Virus record (IMG/VR): IMGVR_UViG_3300034103_000145
Coordinates: 1-28,090 of that record
Length of the DNA: 28,090 bases
From: a virus
Taxonomy: Duplodnaviria; Caudoviricetes
Reading direction: 5' to 3' (one strand)
The position numbers were made by a program, and so were the translations under genes. Of the stretch, positions 6,235 through 15,787 are shown in pieces (the first letter of the stretch is position 1; each line of letters starts with the position of its first letter). A model generated the notes under the pieces. The model was not told the origin of the DNA, did not search any database, and saw only the letters and a list, made by a program, of their open reading frames with translations.

Positions 6235-7056
6235 ATGAGCAACGAACTTCCCGACAGCGACTGGCTGCCGCATGCGGAACGACTGAAGGTCGGAACCCGC
6301 ATACGCATCAGCCATGATTGCGGTGAAGGGAACTCGTTGCTCATCACTCGCATGCACGACAAGTCCGCCGCATACTGCTTCAGGTGCGGTGGCAAAGGAT
6401 TCAAGCGCGAGCACGAGAGCTTAGAAGCCAAGCTGGTAAGGACACATGCCGAGCAAACATGCGAGCGCCGAGCGCGCTCAACCGTGAAACTCCCCGAGTC
6501 GAGAGTTTACGACACGACGGAGTGGCCGCTAGTGGACAAGGTGTGGTTCTTCAAGATGGGACTCTCGCTTCGTATGATAGGGGAACTCGGACTGTACTGG
6601 TGCCCGGACATCGGGCGCGTGGTACTACCCATCATCGAAGGCGACCAACCGATTTACTGGACAGCCCGGTCATCCTCTCGGATGCCTAAGTGGCTGACGC
6701 CCGACGTTCCAAAGGACGGACTTGTCGCACGCTACGGCGTGGGCACGGGTGACTCCATCGTTCTGTGCGAAGACCCGCTCTCCGCATACAAGGTGGGACT
6801 GGTGACAGAGGCGTGGTCGCTGCTCGGCACCAAGCTGCACAACCGCGTGTTGATGCAGCTCATAGAGCGAGGCCAACGTGTAGTGACGTGGCTCGACGAC
6901 GACAGAGGTAGAAGCAACGGTAGGAATCCCGGCCAAGAAGCAGCGACGGAAATCGCTGCGCGCCTTCGTGCGTTTGGGGTGGACTACCGCAACGTCACGA
7001 GTGATCGTGACCCCAAGTATTACAACGCGGACTACATCAAGGAGGCACTGCAATGA
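6235..7056 (+). CDS. DNA primase (Zn ribbon plus TOPRIM)
   Basis: HDC...YCFRC zinc motif; VLCED...S and WLDDD TOPRIM motifs. Confidence 0.92.
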   Translation: MSNELPDSDWLPHAERLKVGTRIRISHDCGEGNSLLITRMHDKSAAYCFRCGGKGFKREHESLEAKLVRTHAEQTCERRARSTVKLPESRVYDTTEWPLVDKVWFFKMGLSLRMIGELGLYWCPDIGRVVLPIIEGDQPIYWTARSSSRMPKWLTPDVPKDGLVARYGVGTGDSIVLCEDPLSAYKVGLVTEAWSLLGTKLHNRVLMQLIERGQRVVTWLDDDRGRSNGRNPGQEAATEIAARLRAFGVDYRNVTSDRDPKYYNADYIKEALQ

Positions 7057-7097
7057 CAGACCCTTACCCGAGAGAGGAAGACCCGTATGAGTCTTGA
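7053..7097 (+). CDS. Possible 14-aa mini-ORF MTDPYPREEDPYES
   Basis: AAGGAGG RBS at 7039-7045; ATGA overlap with the primase stop; overlaps the helicase start. Confidence 0.3.
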   Translation: MTDPYPREEDPYES

Positions 7098-8373
7098 CCT
7101 GACACTGCTGCGCCTGTGCAGTGACAAGGGAAAGTTCGACCGCCTCGTTCCCAACGCCCCGCGCGAAGGTCTCGACGAGCTGACAGTCATCATGCTCGAC
7201 GCCTTGCGCGCCTACTACAAGGAGTTTCCCGAGACCAAGGCGCTTCCCTTCGACGTGTTCGATGGTTGGGCGTTGGAGTTCAAGTGGAAGACTCTGCCCG
7301 ACGACAAAAAGTCTCTGCTCAAGCTGCACCTGAAAGCCATGCGTCAGCCCGTGCCCGCCGAAGCGGAACAGGGGATGATCGAGAAGCTGCTGGAGCTGGA
7401 GCTTGCCACCACTGCGGTCAGCAAGATCGTGCAGTGGAATGGCGGTGCGGAGTTCTCGCTGCGGGACGAGTTGTCCACGTTGACGGAAGGAGTCACCGAC
7501 CGCATGGACCGCAAGGCTCGGCTTCCGCTCGTCACAGAAAGTCCGGAAGAACTGATGAAGATGGACGAGCACAACATCGGCATCCACTTCAGGCTGCCGT
7601 GTCTCGCGCGCAATCTCCGGGCCATGCGCGGTGGCGACTTCGGTATCTACGCCATGCGTCCTGATGCGGGCAAGACGACTTTCCTGACCAGCGAGTCCAG
7701 CCACTGGATCACGCAGCTCGACAGCGTGTGGCCCGGCCAGAATCGCACGGGCATCTGGCTCAACAACGAAGGACCGGGCAAGAGGATCAAGCAACGCTGG
7801 TATCAATCCTTGCTCAACGCCACGATACCCGAGATGGTGGAGTGGGCGAAGGACGGCAGCCTGCGCAAGCGAATCGAAGAAGCGACGGGCGGGGACATCA
7901 ACCGCATGCAGTTCTACGACATTCACGGATTCAACTCCGGGGAAGTCGAAGCGATCATCAAGCAGACGAACCCCGGATTCATCATATTCGACATGATCGA
8001 CAACATCACGTTCACCGGCGGCATGACCAATGGCGGACAGCGTACCGATCAGATGCTCGAAGCCATGTACCAAGCCGCGCGCAACTGGTGCGTGAAATAC
8101 GATACCGTTGGTGTCGCGACTTCGCAGATCAGCGCCGAGGGCGAGGGCGTCCAGTACCCGCCACAGTCCGCACTGAAGGACAGCAAGACGGGCAAGCAGG
8201 GAGCGTGCGACTTCATCATCATGGGCGGCAAGCTCAACGATCCAGCGATGGAGCGATTCCGGTACGTCGGCACACCGAAGAACAAGCTGAACCGAGCGGG
8301 TGGTAAACGTGACGTGAGGCAAGAGGTTATGTTCGATGCCGAGCGCGCCCGCTTCTACGAGGAGGCAGCATGA
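7087..8373 (+). CDS. DnaB-like replicative DNA helicase
   Basis: Walker A AMRPDAGKTT, Walker B IIFDMID, SQ motif, KTGKQGACD. Confidence 0.95.
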   Translation: MSLDLTLLRLCSDKGKFDRLVPNAPREGLDELTVIMLDALRAYYKEFPETKALPFDVFDGWALEFKWKTLPDDKKSLLKLHLKAMRQPVPAEAEQGMIEKLLELELATTAVSKIVQWNGGAEFSLRDELSTLTEGVTDRMDRKARLPLVTESPEELMKMDEHNIGIHFRLPCLARNLRAMRGGDFGIYAMRPDAGKTTFLTSESSHWITQLDSVWPGQNRTGIWLNNEGPGKRIKQRWYQSLLNATIPEMVEWAKDGSLRKRIEEATGGDINRMQFYDIHGFNSGEVEAIIKQTNPGFIIFDMIDNITFTGGMTNGGQRTDQMLEAMYQAARNWCVKYDTVGVATSQISAEGEGVQYPPQSALKDSKTGKQGACDFIIMGGKLNDPAMERFRYVGTPKNKLNRAGGKRDVRQEVMFDAERARFYEEAA

Positions 8374-8504
8374 AATACATCTCGGCTCAAGTAGCAAACA
8401 GGACGACGATGCGGAGTATCCCCTGCGCATCGCAAAGGCGTCCCGGTATGATCGCGTTTCTCGCGTTCAATCGTCTGTACCTGCGGCTCGGGAGATACGA
8501 ATGA
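8370..8504 (+). CDS. Small hypothetical protein (44 aa, MKYISAQ...)
   Basis: GAGGAGG RBS; ATGA overlaps with both helicase and polymerase; below the ORF-track cutoff. Confidence 0.6.
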   Translation: MKYISAQVANRTTMRSIPCASQRRPGMIAFLAFNRLYLRLGRYE

Positions 8505-10951
8505 GCTTCGCATCCTTCGACCTCGAAACCACGATCCGCGAGACGCTGAAGCGCAAAGCGAATCCGTTCTACAACCTCAACCGCATCGTCGCCATCGGGT
8601 ACAAGCGCAAGGGCGATGCGAAGAACACCGGACTTTACTTCGCCACGGGTAAAGACTTCGATGGTGAGTACATCGGCGGCGCACCTGACGGGTGGCTGCG
8701 CGATCTGTGCGAAGGGACGCAGTACCTCGTCGGCTTCAACATCAAGTTCGACATCCTGCACGCCATCTGCCAAGGCCCGCTCAATCGTCAGGCATGGATC
8801 GAGTTCATCGACCGTGGCGGCCTCGTGTGGGATTCGCAGCTAGGCGAATACCTGCTCTACGGTATGTCGCAAGAGTACCACATGTGCAGCATGGACGAGG
8901 TGTCCCCGAGATACGGCGGCAACCTGAAGGACGATGCAGTCAAGTCCCTGTGGCAAGCAGGCGTGGATACTTGCGACATCGACAAGACCCTGCTGATGGA
9001 CTACCTCGTCGGAACCAACGACACGGACGACGTGGGCGACATCGGCAACACCGAGAAGATGTTCCTCGGGCAGCTCGAAGCATTTCGTGCCCGAGGGGGT
9101 CTGCGCTCGGCTCTCCTCAACATGGGCGCGCTGTGCTTCACCATCGAAGCCGAATACAACGGCATGTTCGTGGACAAGGTGTGGGCGCTGGAGCATGCGA
9201 AGAAGTTGGAGGCGGACCTCGCCGAAGCTACCGCAGAACTCCAGTCCTACATCCCCGAACTTCCCGAAGGGCTGACCTTCAACTGGAACAGCCGCTTCCA
9301 CAAGAGCGCGCTGATCTTCGGCGGCGACGTTAAGTACGTGGCAAAGGTTCCGGTCCTTGTCGCCGAGACAGGCAAGCAGCAGTACGTGCAGAAGGATGAG
9401 CTGCACTACGTCCTGAACGACGGCACCACGACTGCGACCGCCCCGGTGGACAATTTCGACAACCTCCATCTCTACTCAACCTTCGCCGGTGGGAAGAACA
9501 AGGGCGAGTACAAGACGAAGAAGGTCAAGGTCGATGACCTGACCAAGCCCAAGTTACGTAACGAAGACATGCTGTTCCGCTTCGCCGGTTACACCGAAGG
9601 CAGTGAGCGGTGGGAAAGCAAGTCCGACAAGGGCGTGTATTCCACCGCTGCCGAAGTCATCGAAGAACTCGGCGTACGGGACATCCCCTTCCTGAAGGCT
9701 CTCGCAAAGCGCGCCGACATCCACAAGGACTTGTCCACGTACTTCATCACGACGGACGAGAAGACCGGAGAGCAGAAGGGAATGCTGACGCTCGTGGGTC
9801 CGGATGGCATCATCCACCACAAGCTCAACATGGTCAACACCGTGACCGGCCGTTTGTCGTCTAGCGACCCGAACTTGCAGAACGTGAGCAAGGGCGAGTT
9901 TGACATGGAGACCGGCAAGGAGAAGGGCAGCCAGATCAAGCGCGCTTTCATCAGCCGGTACAAGCGTGGCAAAATCATCCAGTCGGACTTTACGTCGCTG
10001 GAGATTTACGTGCAGGCGATCCTCACTCAATGCCGTCAGCTCATCGACGATCTGAAAGCTGGCCTCGACATGCACTGCCTCCGCGCAGAGCAGGCGTGGG
10101 GCGTGGCGGAAGGTCGGGACTACGCTTACATCCTCGCAGCGGCGAAGGACGAGAAGCACCCCGAGCACAGCAAGTGGAAGAAGCTTCGAGGTAACGCGAA
10201 GGTGTTCTCCTTTCAGCGTGCATACGGTGCTGGCGTCGCGAAGATCGCACTCACCACCGGCATGACCGAAGAAGAGGTCGAGAAGCTGGTGCGCGCCGAG
10301 GCCGAGCGTTATCCGGAACTGGGAGAATACATCGAGCACATGACCAAGGTGATAGCACAGAATCGGGTCAGCACTTCCCGCTTCGTGCCGCACCCGGAAG
10401 TGCCCGGATTGACATGCCATCTCGGTCGCTCGCACTTCACCACGCCGGACGGTAAGATGTATTCCTTCAGCGAGTCTCCTTCGCCGAAGTTCATCGCAAC
10501 CCGACCCACCGCCCGAGGTGGTACTGCGCAGTCCTTCTCACCCACGGAAATCAAGAACTATCCGGTGCAGGGTACGGGTGGTGAATGGGCGAAGGCGAGC
10601 ATGTACCTGTCGTTGCGTGCGTTCTACCGCATGTACGTGACGCAGCCCGAGCGTTGGCTGGGCCAAGCCCAGATCGTGAATCAGGTCCACGATGCGGTAT
10701 ACGTGGACGCAGCAGAATCCATCGCCACGGAGGCGGCGGCCCTCCTGCATGCAAGCATGCTCGAAGCCTCCGTCTACATGGAGTGGTGGTTCAAATGGCC
10801 TCTGCCTCTTGGCGTGCCATGCGAAACCAAGATGGGCGACAACATGATGGAGGAACACAATCCTCCGGCAGAGTTCGTCAGCCTGTTCCCCGGCTACCGC
10901 ACGATGATCCGCAAGGAATTCGTCGGAGGCCACAACCCGTCGTTTGAATAA
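8501..10951 (+). CDS. Family A DNA polymerase with 3'-5' exonuclease domain
   Basis: ExoI FDLET, GFNIKFD; TGRLSSSDPNLQN; motif A SDFTSLE; motif B KVFSFQRAYG; motif C VHD; GGAG RBS before ATG 8501. Confidence 0.97.
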   Translation: MSFASFDLETTIRETLKRKANPFYNLNRIVAIGYKRKGDAKNTGLYFATGKDFDGEYIGGAPDGWLRDLCEGTQYLVGFNIKFDILHAICQGPLNRQAWIEFIDRGGLVWDSQLGEYLLYGMSQEYHMCSMDEVSPRYGGNLKDDAVKSLWQAGVDTCDIDKTLLMDYLVGTNDTDDVGDIGNTEKMFLGQLEAFRARGGLRSALLNMGALCFTIEAEYNGMFVDKVWALEHAKKLEADLAEATAELQSYIPELPEGLTFNWNSRFHKSALIFGGDVKYVAKVPVLVAETGKQQYVQKDELHYVLNDGTTTATAPVDNFDNLHLYSTFAGGKNKGEYKTKKVKVDDLTKPKLRNEDMLFRFAGYTEGSERWESKSDKGVYSTAAEVIEELGVRDIPFLKALAKRADIHKDLSTYFITTDEKTGEQKGMLTLVGPDGIIHHKLNMVNTVTGRLSSSDPNLQNVSKGEFDMETGKEKGSQIKRAFISRYKRGKIIQSDFTSLEIYVQAILTQCRQLIDDLKAGLDMHCLRAEQAWGVAEGRDYAYILAAAKDEKHPEHSKWKKLRGNAKVFSFQRAYGAGVAKIALTTGMTEEEVEKLVRAEAERYPELGEYIEHMTKVIAQNRVSTSRFVPHPEVPGLTCHLGRSHFTTPDGKMYSFSESPSPKFIATRPTARGGTAQSFSPTEIKNYPVQGTGGEWAKASMYLSLRAFYRMYVTQPERWLGQAQIVNQVHDAVYVDAAESIATEAAALLHASMLEASVYMEWWFKWPLPLGVPCETKMGDNMMEEHNPPAEFVSLFPGYRTMIRKEFVGGHNPSFE

Positions 10952-10966
10952 GGAGTACAGAACAGC

Positions 10967-11821
10967 ATGAGTCTCGACGCACTGTTGAACAAGGTGGCAA
11001 CGCAGGGCAAGGACCAGTCGGTGGCAACGTCCGGCGGTGGCGACTACACGCCGCCCGAGGCGGGCCAGACCGGCGCACGCATCGTGGCCTACTACGAAGT
11101 GGGCCAGCACGAGGGCGAGTACAAGGGCGAGAAGAAGATCAACAACGAAGTCATCATCATCTTCGAGCTGATCGGCAAGAAGCATCCCCCGAAGGAACTC
11201 GAAGACGGCACCAAGGTTCCCGTCCGCCTCTCGCTCCTCATGAACCTGAGCACGAACGAGAAGGCCGGTTACTTCAAGATGTTCAGCCGACTGCGCACGG
11301 AGGAGAGGCACTTCGTCCAGCTCCTCGGCAGCGCGGTCCTGCTCAACGTCGTCCACCGCGATGCCGGCGAAGGCGACAAGAAGCGCGTCTACGCGAACAT
11401 CGACAAGGAGAGCGTGCGCAAGCCGATCATCCAAGTTCCCGACATGGAAGACGGCGCGGTGGTTGGCGTGAAGGACCAGCCGTTCCCGGTCGGCGCTGCC
11501 CTGACGCCGCTGAAGGCGTTCGTCTGGGAGTTCGCCGATGCCGAGATGTGGGACAGCATCTTTATCGAAGGCGAATACCCCGAGCGCAAGGACGAGAAGA
11601 CCCGCAAGGTCATCGCGGCGGCCAAGAGCAAGAACTCCATCCAGCTCAAGATCGCATCGGCTCTGAACTTCAAGGGTCTTCCGTGCTACGACTACGCTGC
11701 ATCCAAGCTGGTCGGCGGCACCGTCACCCGGGAGGGCGTCGATGCGCTGGACGAGGTGGTCGGTGACGTGACGCCGAGCGGCCCGCGTGATGCGGACGAT
11801 CCGCTGGACGGAATCGCCTGA
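10967..11821 (+). CDS. Conserved replication-module protein (possible ssDNA-binding protein)
   Basis: AAGGAG RBS; phiKMV-type position between polymerase and exonuclease; acidic C-terminal tail. Confidence 0.7.
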   Translation: MSLDALLNKVATQGKDQSVATSGGGDYTPPEAGQTGARIVAYYEVGQHEGEYKGEKKINNEVIIIFELIGKKHPPKELEDGTKVPVRLSLLMNLSTNEKAGYFKMFSRLRTEERHFVQLLGSAVLLNVVHRDAGEGDKKRVYANIDKESVRKPIIQVPDMEDGAVVGVKDQPFPVGAALTPLKAFVWEFADAEMWDSIFIEGEYPERKDEKTRKVIAAAKSKNSIQLKIASALNFKGLPCYDYAASKLVGGTVTREGVDALDEVVGDVTPSGPRDADDPLDGIA

Positions 11822-12750
11822 TGGACCTGAACGCTCTGATGGCTCTGGCTGCGGAGCGTTCCCCGATGCCCAGTGTGGAGGTTCGACAGCATAACCCCGG
11901 CGTGGTTGCTCACGTCGATGGGGACTACGCTGCGTACTTCTGCGCTGGGCGCGAGACGTGTTCTGCGGGGGACGCACGACGCAACGTGCTCTCCCGCATC
12001 TCGCACCTGAAACATATCAGCGGAGCGGATCGTGTCATCATGCACCTGACTCATGGTGCATCGACGAAGGGCGATCGGTTCCTTGCTGCTACGAGTCAGC
12101 CGTATCAGGGGCAGCGCACGCACTCCAGCAAGCCGCTCAACTGGGCCTTCCTCCGAGATTGGATGGAGAACTACGACGGTCCCCACTTCAAGCCCAAGGT
12201 GTGGACAACGCGCGAAGCAGACGACGGCATGGCCTACGTCAGCACCGGCGCTGCGCAGCATTCGGGCACGATGCACGTGATCCACACGGCAGACAAGGAC
12301 ATGCGAATGTTCTGCGGAACCCACGTCTCGTGGGCAGACTACGCTATCACCGAGGTTCCTCTCGGAGCATACGATGTGGTCGGCGCGGACGGGTTGCAGT
12401 ACGGGCACAAGTGGTTCTGGATGCAGATGCTCATGGGTGACACGGCGGATCACATCCCCGGGCTTCCCAAGGTGGGCGAGGTAACGGCAGAGAAGCTGCT
12501 GTTCGGCACCAAGAGCAACAGCGACGCGGCAGGCATGGTGTACGGATTCTACCGAGCGAAGATGGGCGAGCGTTGGCAAGACTACTTCGCCGAGCAAGCC
12601 GTGCTTCTCTGGATGCGAACCGACCGTGATGCGAAGCTGCTCGACGTGCTCCAGCTCGGAGTCTTCGGCGAGAACCTGATCGCTGCCTTCCACAAGCTCG
12701 AAGCCGAAGTGGCCCACAAGCGCGCAGCACTTGAGGAACTTGCACGATGA
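11821..12750 (+). CDS. 5'-3' exonuclease (T7 gp6-like)
   Basis: HVDGD, YQGQR, READD, DKDM and MGDTADHIPGL motifs. Confidence 0.92.
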   Translation: MDLNALMALAAERSPMPSVEVRQHNPGVVAHVDGDYAAYFCAGRETCSAGDARRNVLSRISHLKHISGADRVIMHLTHGASTKGDRFLAATSQPYQGQRTHSSKPLNWAFLRDWMENYDGPHFKPKVWTTREADDGMAYVSTGAAQHSGTMHVIHTADKDMRMFCGTHVSWADYAITEVPLGAYDVVGADGLQYGHKWFWMQMLMGDTADHIPGLPKVGEVTAEKLLFGTKSNSDAAGMVYGFYRAKMGERWQDYFAEQAVLLWMRTDRDAKLLDVLQLGVFGENLIAAFHKLEAEVAHKRAALEELAR

Positions 12751-13133
12751 AGAGACTAACCGCAACACAGGTAAAGCTGATTCGCGTGAAGCTCGCAGCG
12801 GAGCAAGGGAACCGATGCGCGCTGTGCGGAGGACAGTTGGGTTTGAAGGCACCACTCGATCCCGTTCTCGACCACGACCACAAGACGGGAGCGGTGCGCG
12901 GTGTACTCCATCGCGGCTGCAACTCGTTGCTCGGCAAAGTCGAGAACAACGGACCGCGCTACGGTGTGCGGGACATACTCGCATTCTGCGGCGGACTGTC
13001 CAACTACCTGCGCAAGCACATGACTAACATCACGGGGTACTTGCATCCCACCCACAAGACCGAAGACGAGAAGCGCCTGCTGAGGAATCTGCGAGCGCGT
13101 AAGTCCCGGGCCAAGAAGAAGGAGAATCCGTGA
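12747..13133 (+). CDS. Recombination endonuclease VII
   Basis: QGNRCALC...LDHDHKTGAVRGVLHRGCNSLLG. Confidence 0.93.
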   Translation: MKRLTATQVKLIRVKLAAEQGNRCALCGGQLGLKAPLDPVLDHDHKTGAVRGVLHRGCNSLLGKVENNGPRYGVRDILAFCGGLSNYLRKHMTNITGYLHPTHKTEDEKRLLRNLRARKSRAKKKENP

Positions 13134-13960
13134 ACCTGACCAAGTTTCTGAGGCGTGCCCCCAAGAAGGGTCCGAAGATTCTGTGCCTCGACATCGAGAC
13201 ATTCCCCATCGAGTTCTGGGGATGGCAGATGTTCAACAACAACTTCAGCCCGAAGCAGATCAAGCGAGACTGGTCGCTGATGTCGTTCGCATGCGAATGG
13301 CTCGACGATGACGAGGCTACGTTCTACCTCGACCAGCGCAAGGCCGCCGACGTGTTCGACGACAGGGCGCAGGCCGAGGCGCTGCACAAGCTGCTCGACG
13401 CGGCGGACTTCGTGCTCGCACGCAACGGCAAGAAGTTCGATCTTCGCAAGGTCAAGGCCCGGCTCGCGATCCTCGGGCTTCCTCCGCTGTCTCCCGTGGG
13501 CGTCATCGACCCCATGCTGCTGAATCGTGTGGAGTTCGCCTTCACGTCGCAGAAGCTGGAGTACACCACGGGCGTGATCGTTCCCGAGCTGCGCAAGTAC
13601 GACCATGCAAAGTTCCCCGGTTTCGACCTGTGGGTGGCCTGCATGCAGTCCTTACCCGGCGCGTGGAACGAGTGCAAGGAATACAACATCATCGACGTGA
13701 AGTCCATGAAGGCGGAGTACCGAAAGCTGCGAGGCTGGTACACGCAGCACCCGAACATCGCCGTGTACTACAAGGCGGACGGGAGCGAGCACCGCTGCAA
13801 CAAGTGTGGGCACAACGAGATGATCCCGCAGGACACCCCGGCGCGAACTCAGGTCGGCACCTACCTCCTGCTCCAATGCACGCAATGCGGAGGACACAGC
13901 CGTGGGCGCAAGCTCACTACCACCATCGAACAGCGCAAGCACATCACCGTTCCCGCGTAA
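13130..13960 (+). CDS. RNase H-like (DEDD) 3'-5' exonuclease with C-terminal Zn finger
   Basis: LDIET, NGKKFD, YNIIDV; CxxC...CxxC. Confidence 0.85.
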   Translation: MNLTKFLRRAPKKGPKILCLDIETFPIEFWGWQMFNNNFSPKQIKRDWSLMSFACEWLDDDEATFYLDQRKAADVFDDRAQAEALHKLLDAADFVLARNGKKFDLRKVKARLAILGLPPLSPVGVIDPMLLNRVEFAFTSQKLEYTTGVIVPELRKYDHAKFPGFDLWVACMQSLPGAWNECKEYNIIDVKSMKAEYRKLRGWYTQHPNIAVYYKADGSEHRCNKCGHNEMIPQDTPARTQVGTYLLLQCTQCGGHSRGRKLTTTIEQRKHITVPA

Positions 13961-13969
13961 GGAGGCAAC

Positions 13970-14305
13970 ATGACAGACAACGAACGTGGCGTCGGGCTGA
14001 AGTTCGACGCCGGGAAGAATCAAGCGCGTCTACTTCGTGAGGGCGTGCCGCGCGCACTCGAAGAACTCGACAAGGTGCTGACATTCGGTGCCAAGAAATA
14101 CGCCGCGAATTCGTGGCAACATGTCCAGAACGCAGACGAGCGGTATCAGGATGCCAGTTACCGGCATGACAGCGCCCGCAACAAGGGCGAGGTGTTCGAT
14201 CGGGAGACAGGCTTGATGCACCGGGCGCATCACATCATCAACGAGTTGTTTCTGTTGGAGCTGGAGCTGCGTCGGGAGGGACTCGATGCAATCAAGGCGC
14301 CGTAG
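13970..14305 (+). CDS. dATP/dGTP diphosphohydrolase-like protein (DUF5664)
   Basis: GLKFDAGK...VLTFGAKKYAANSW...RH...DRETGLMHRAH signature. Confidence 0.8.
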   Translation: MTDNERGVGLKFDAGKNQARLLREGVPRALEELDKVLTFGAKKYAANSWQHVQNADERYQDASYRHDSARNKGEVFDRETGLMHRAHHIINELFLLELELRREGLDAIKAP

Positions 14306-14495
14306 TATCAAAGAGGCGTGGGTCAATATCGCCATCGGCTACAGCATCAACTACTGCGCGAACCTCGCGCTGCTCCCCATCCTATGGCACCCGGAGCATC
14401 CGATGATGTCGGCACACGCAATCGGCGTGGCCTTCACGGGGATCAGCTTCATACGCCAGTACATCATCCGTCGCTGGTTCAGCAAGAAAGATTAA
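14286..14495 (+). CDS. Small two-TM phage membrane protein (69 aa)
   Basis: SIKEAWVNIAIGY...FTGISFIRQYIIRRWF pattern; GGAGG RBS. Confidence 0.75.
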   Translation: MQSRRRSIKEAWVNIAIGYSINYCANLALLPILWHPEHPMMSAHAIGVAFTGISFIRQYIIRRWFSKKD

Positions 14496-14504
14496 GGAGG
14501 TACG

Positions 14505-14888
14505 ATGAACTACCAGAACAACACCAAGCGCCTGATCCAATCCTACGAAAGCGCCGTCGCTTGGGGCAACGGCGATCACGAAGAAGCTCTGCAAGAAGCG
14601 ATCAGGGCCGCGTTCCCCGGCATCGGCGACGACGGTCAAGCCGAGCTGTACGCTAAGATCGCAGAAGCGTGGGAAGGCTACCGTACTGCCCTCGTCCCGC
14701 GCAAGCTGTGGATCGGTCAGATCGTAACGTCCTTCATGTCGGGCCGTGCATCGGCAGCGTCGGGCGGCCTCATCGTCCACAACAACCTGCCGAAGAAGTT
14801 CGTGCCGTGCTCCAAATGCGACCTACCGGAGTGCGAGAAACGGCAGTCGTGCGGACTCAAGGCAGCCGCTGAGAGGGTGCCAGCATGA
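14505..14888 (+). CDS. Hypothetical protein with Cys-rich C-terminus
   Basis: AAGGAGG RBS; CSKC...C...C. Confidence 0.8.
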   Translation: MNYQNNTKRLIQSYESAVAWGNGDHEEALQEAIRAAFPGIGDDGQAELYAKIAEAWEGYRTALVPRKLWIGQIVTSFMSGRASAASGGLIVHNNLPKKFVPCSKCDLPECEKRQSCGLKAAAERVPA

Positions 14889-15787
14889 GCAAGTCCTACA
14901 TCGTCCACAAGGCGGTCGAGCTGGACAAGGTGCAGAAGAAGCACCTGCCCACGACTTCGCAGCTCATCAGCGAGTACCTTGCGCAGCCCAAGTACGACGG
15001 AGTGAACTGCGTCGTACTGAAGTACGCGAACTCCACGGAGCACATCACCATCCTCAGCCGTACCGGCGAGGAGTGCGTCTCCGCAAACCACATCAAGGAA
15101 GCTCTGGCCGCTGCGCCCTTCGCGCCAATAGGCGTATACCTCGGCGAATACTGGCATCCGGAAATCGACCAGCCCACCGTCTCGGGCATGTTCCGCAAGA
15201 AGGATGGCACCCAGTACACCGAACCTTACTTCGTCGTATTCGACTTCATCAGTATCGGCGAGTGGGAGCAAGGGCACAGCCCACTCGGCTACGAGGAGCG
15301 AGTGCGTCGCCTCCCCGCCACACTCAGCAAGATCGCCGAGTTCGCCGCACCGTTCTTCCTCGCCGAGTCGCAAGGGTTCCTGATCGACCAAGATATGGAG
15401 CCGATGGAGGCAGCCAAGCTGCTGTGCGAGAGTGGTGCATACGACGGCCTAATCCTGCGCAAGCCCAGTGGAACGTGGATGAAGGGTGCTAGCGGAACGA
15501 AGGGTGAGACTATCAAGATCAAGCCAACGATCACGCTGGACCTGCGCGTACTGAAGATAAACATGGCGACGGGTGAAAAAACTGGACGCGATGTGTGGAC
15601 GGTGGTGGTCGATCTTGGTGACGGCAAGCAGCAGGAGGTCGGAAGCGGCGTTCCGCACGATGTCGCCTCCCTTCCGTGCGAAGGACAAATCGTGGAAATC
15701 GAAGCGATGTCCTTCAGCAAGTACGGCCTGCTGCGCGAGCCGCGCTACAAAGGCATCAGATACGACAAGACGGAGGCGGACAGATGA
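14885..15787 (+). CDS. ATP-dependent DNA ligase
   Basis: Motif I KYDG; GEY, FVVFD, DGLILR, KIKP, VGSG, LREPRY. Confidence 0.95.
   Translation: MSKSYIVHKAVELDKVQKKHLPTTSQLISEYLAQPKYDGVNCVVLKYANSTEHITILSRTGEECVSANHIKEALAAAPFAPIGVYLGEYWHPEIDQPTVSGMFRKKDGTQYTEPYFVVFDFISIGEWEQGHSPLGYEERVRRLPATLSKIAEFAAPFFLAESQGFLIDQDMEPMEAAKLLCESGAYDGLILRKPSGTWMKGASGTKGETIKIKPTITLDLRVLKINMATGEKTGRDVWTVVVDLGDGKQQEVGSGVPHDVASLPCEGQIVEIEAMSFSKYGLLREPRYKGIRYDKTEADR

Noticed and set aside
8336-8500. N-terminal extension of the DNA polymerase given by the ORF track
   Set aside because: No RBS at 8336; the ExoI motif begins right after ATG 8501 and the interval holds a coupled 44-aa ORF
12747-13133. Mobile homing endonuclease or intron
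   Set aside because: Standard endonuclease VII in its usual syntenic position; the neighbouring genes are uninterrupted
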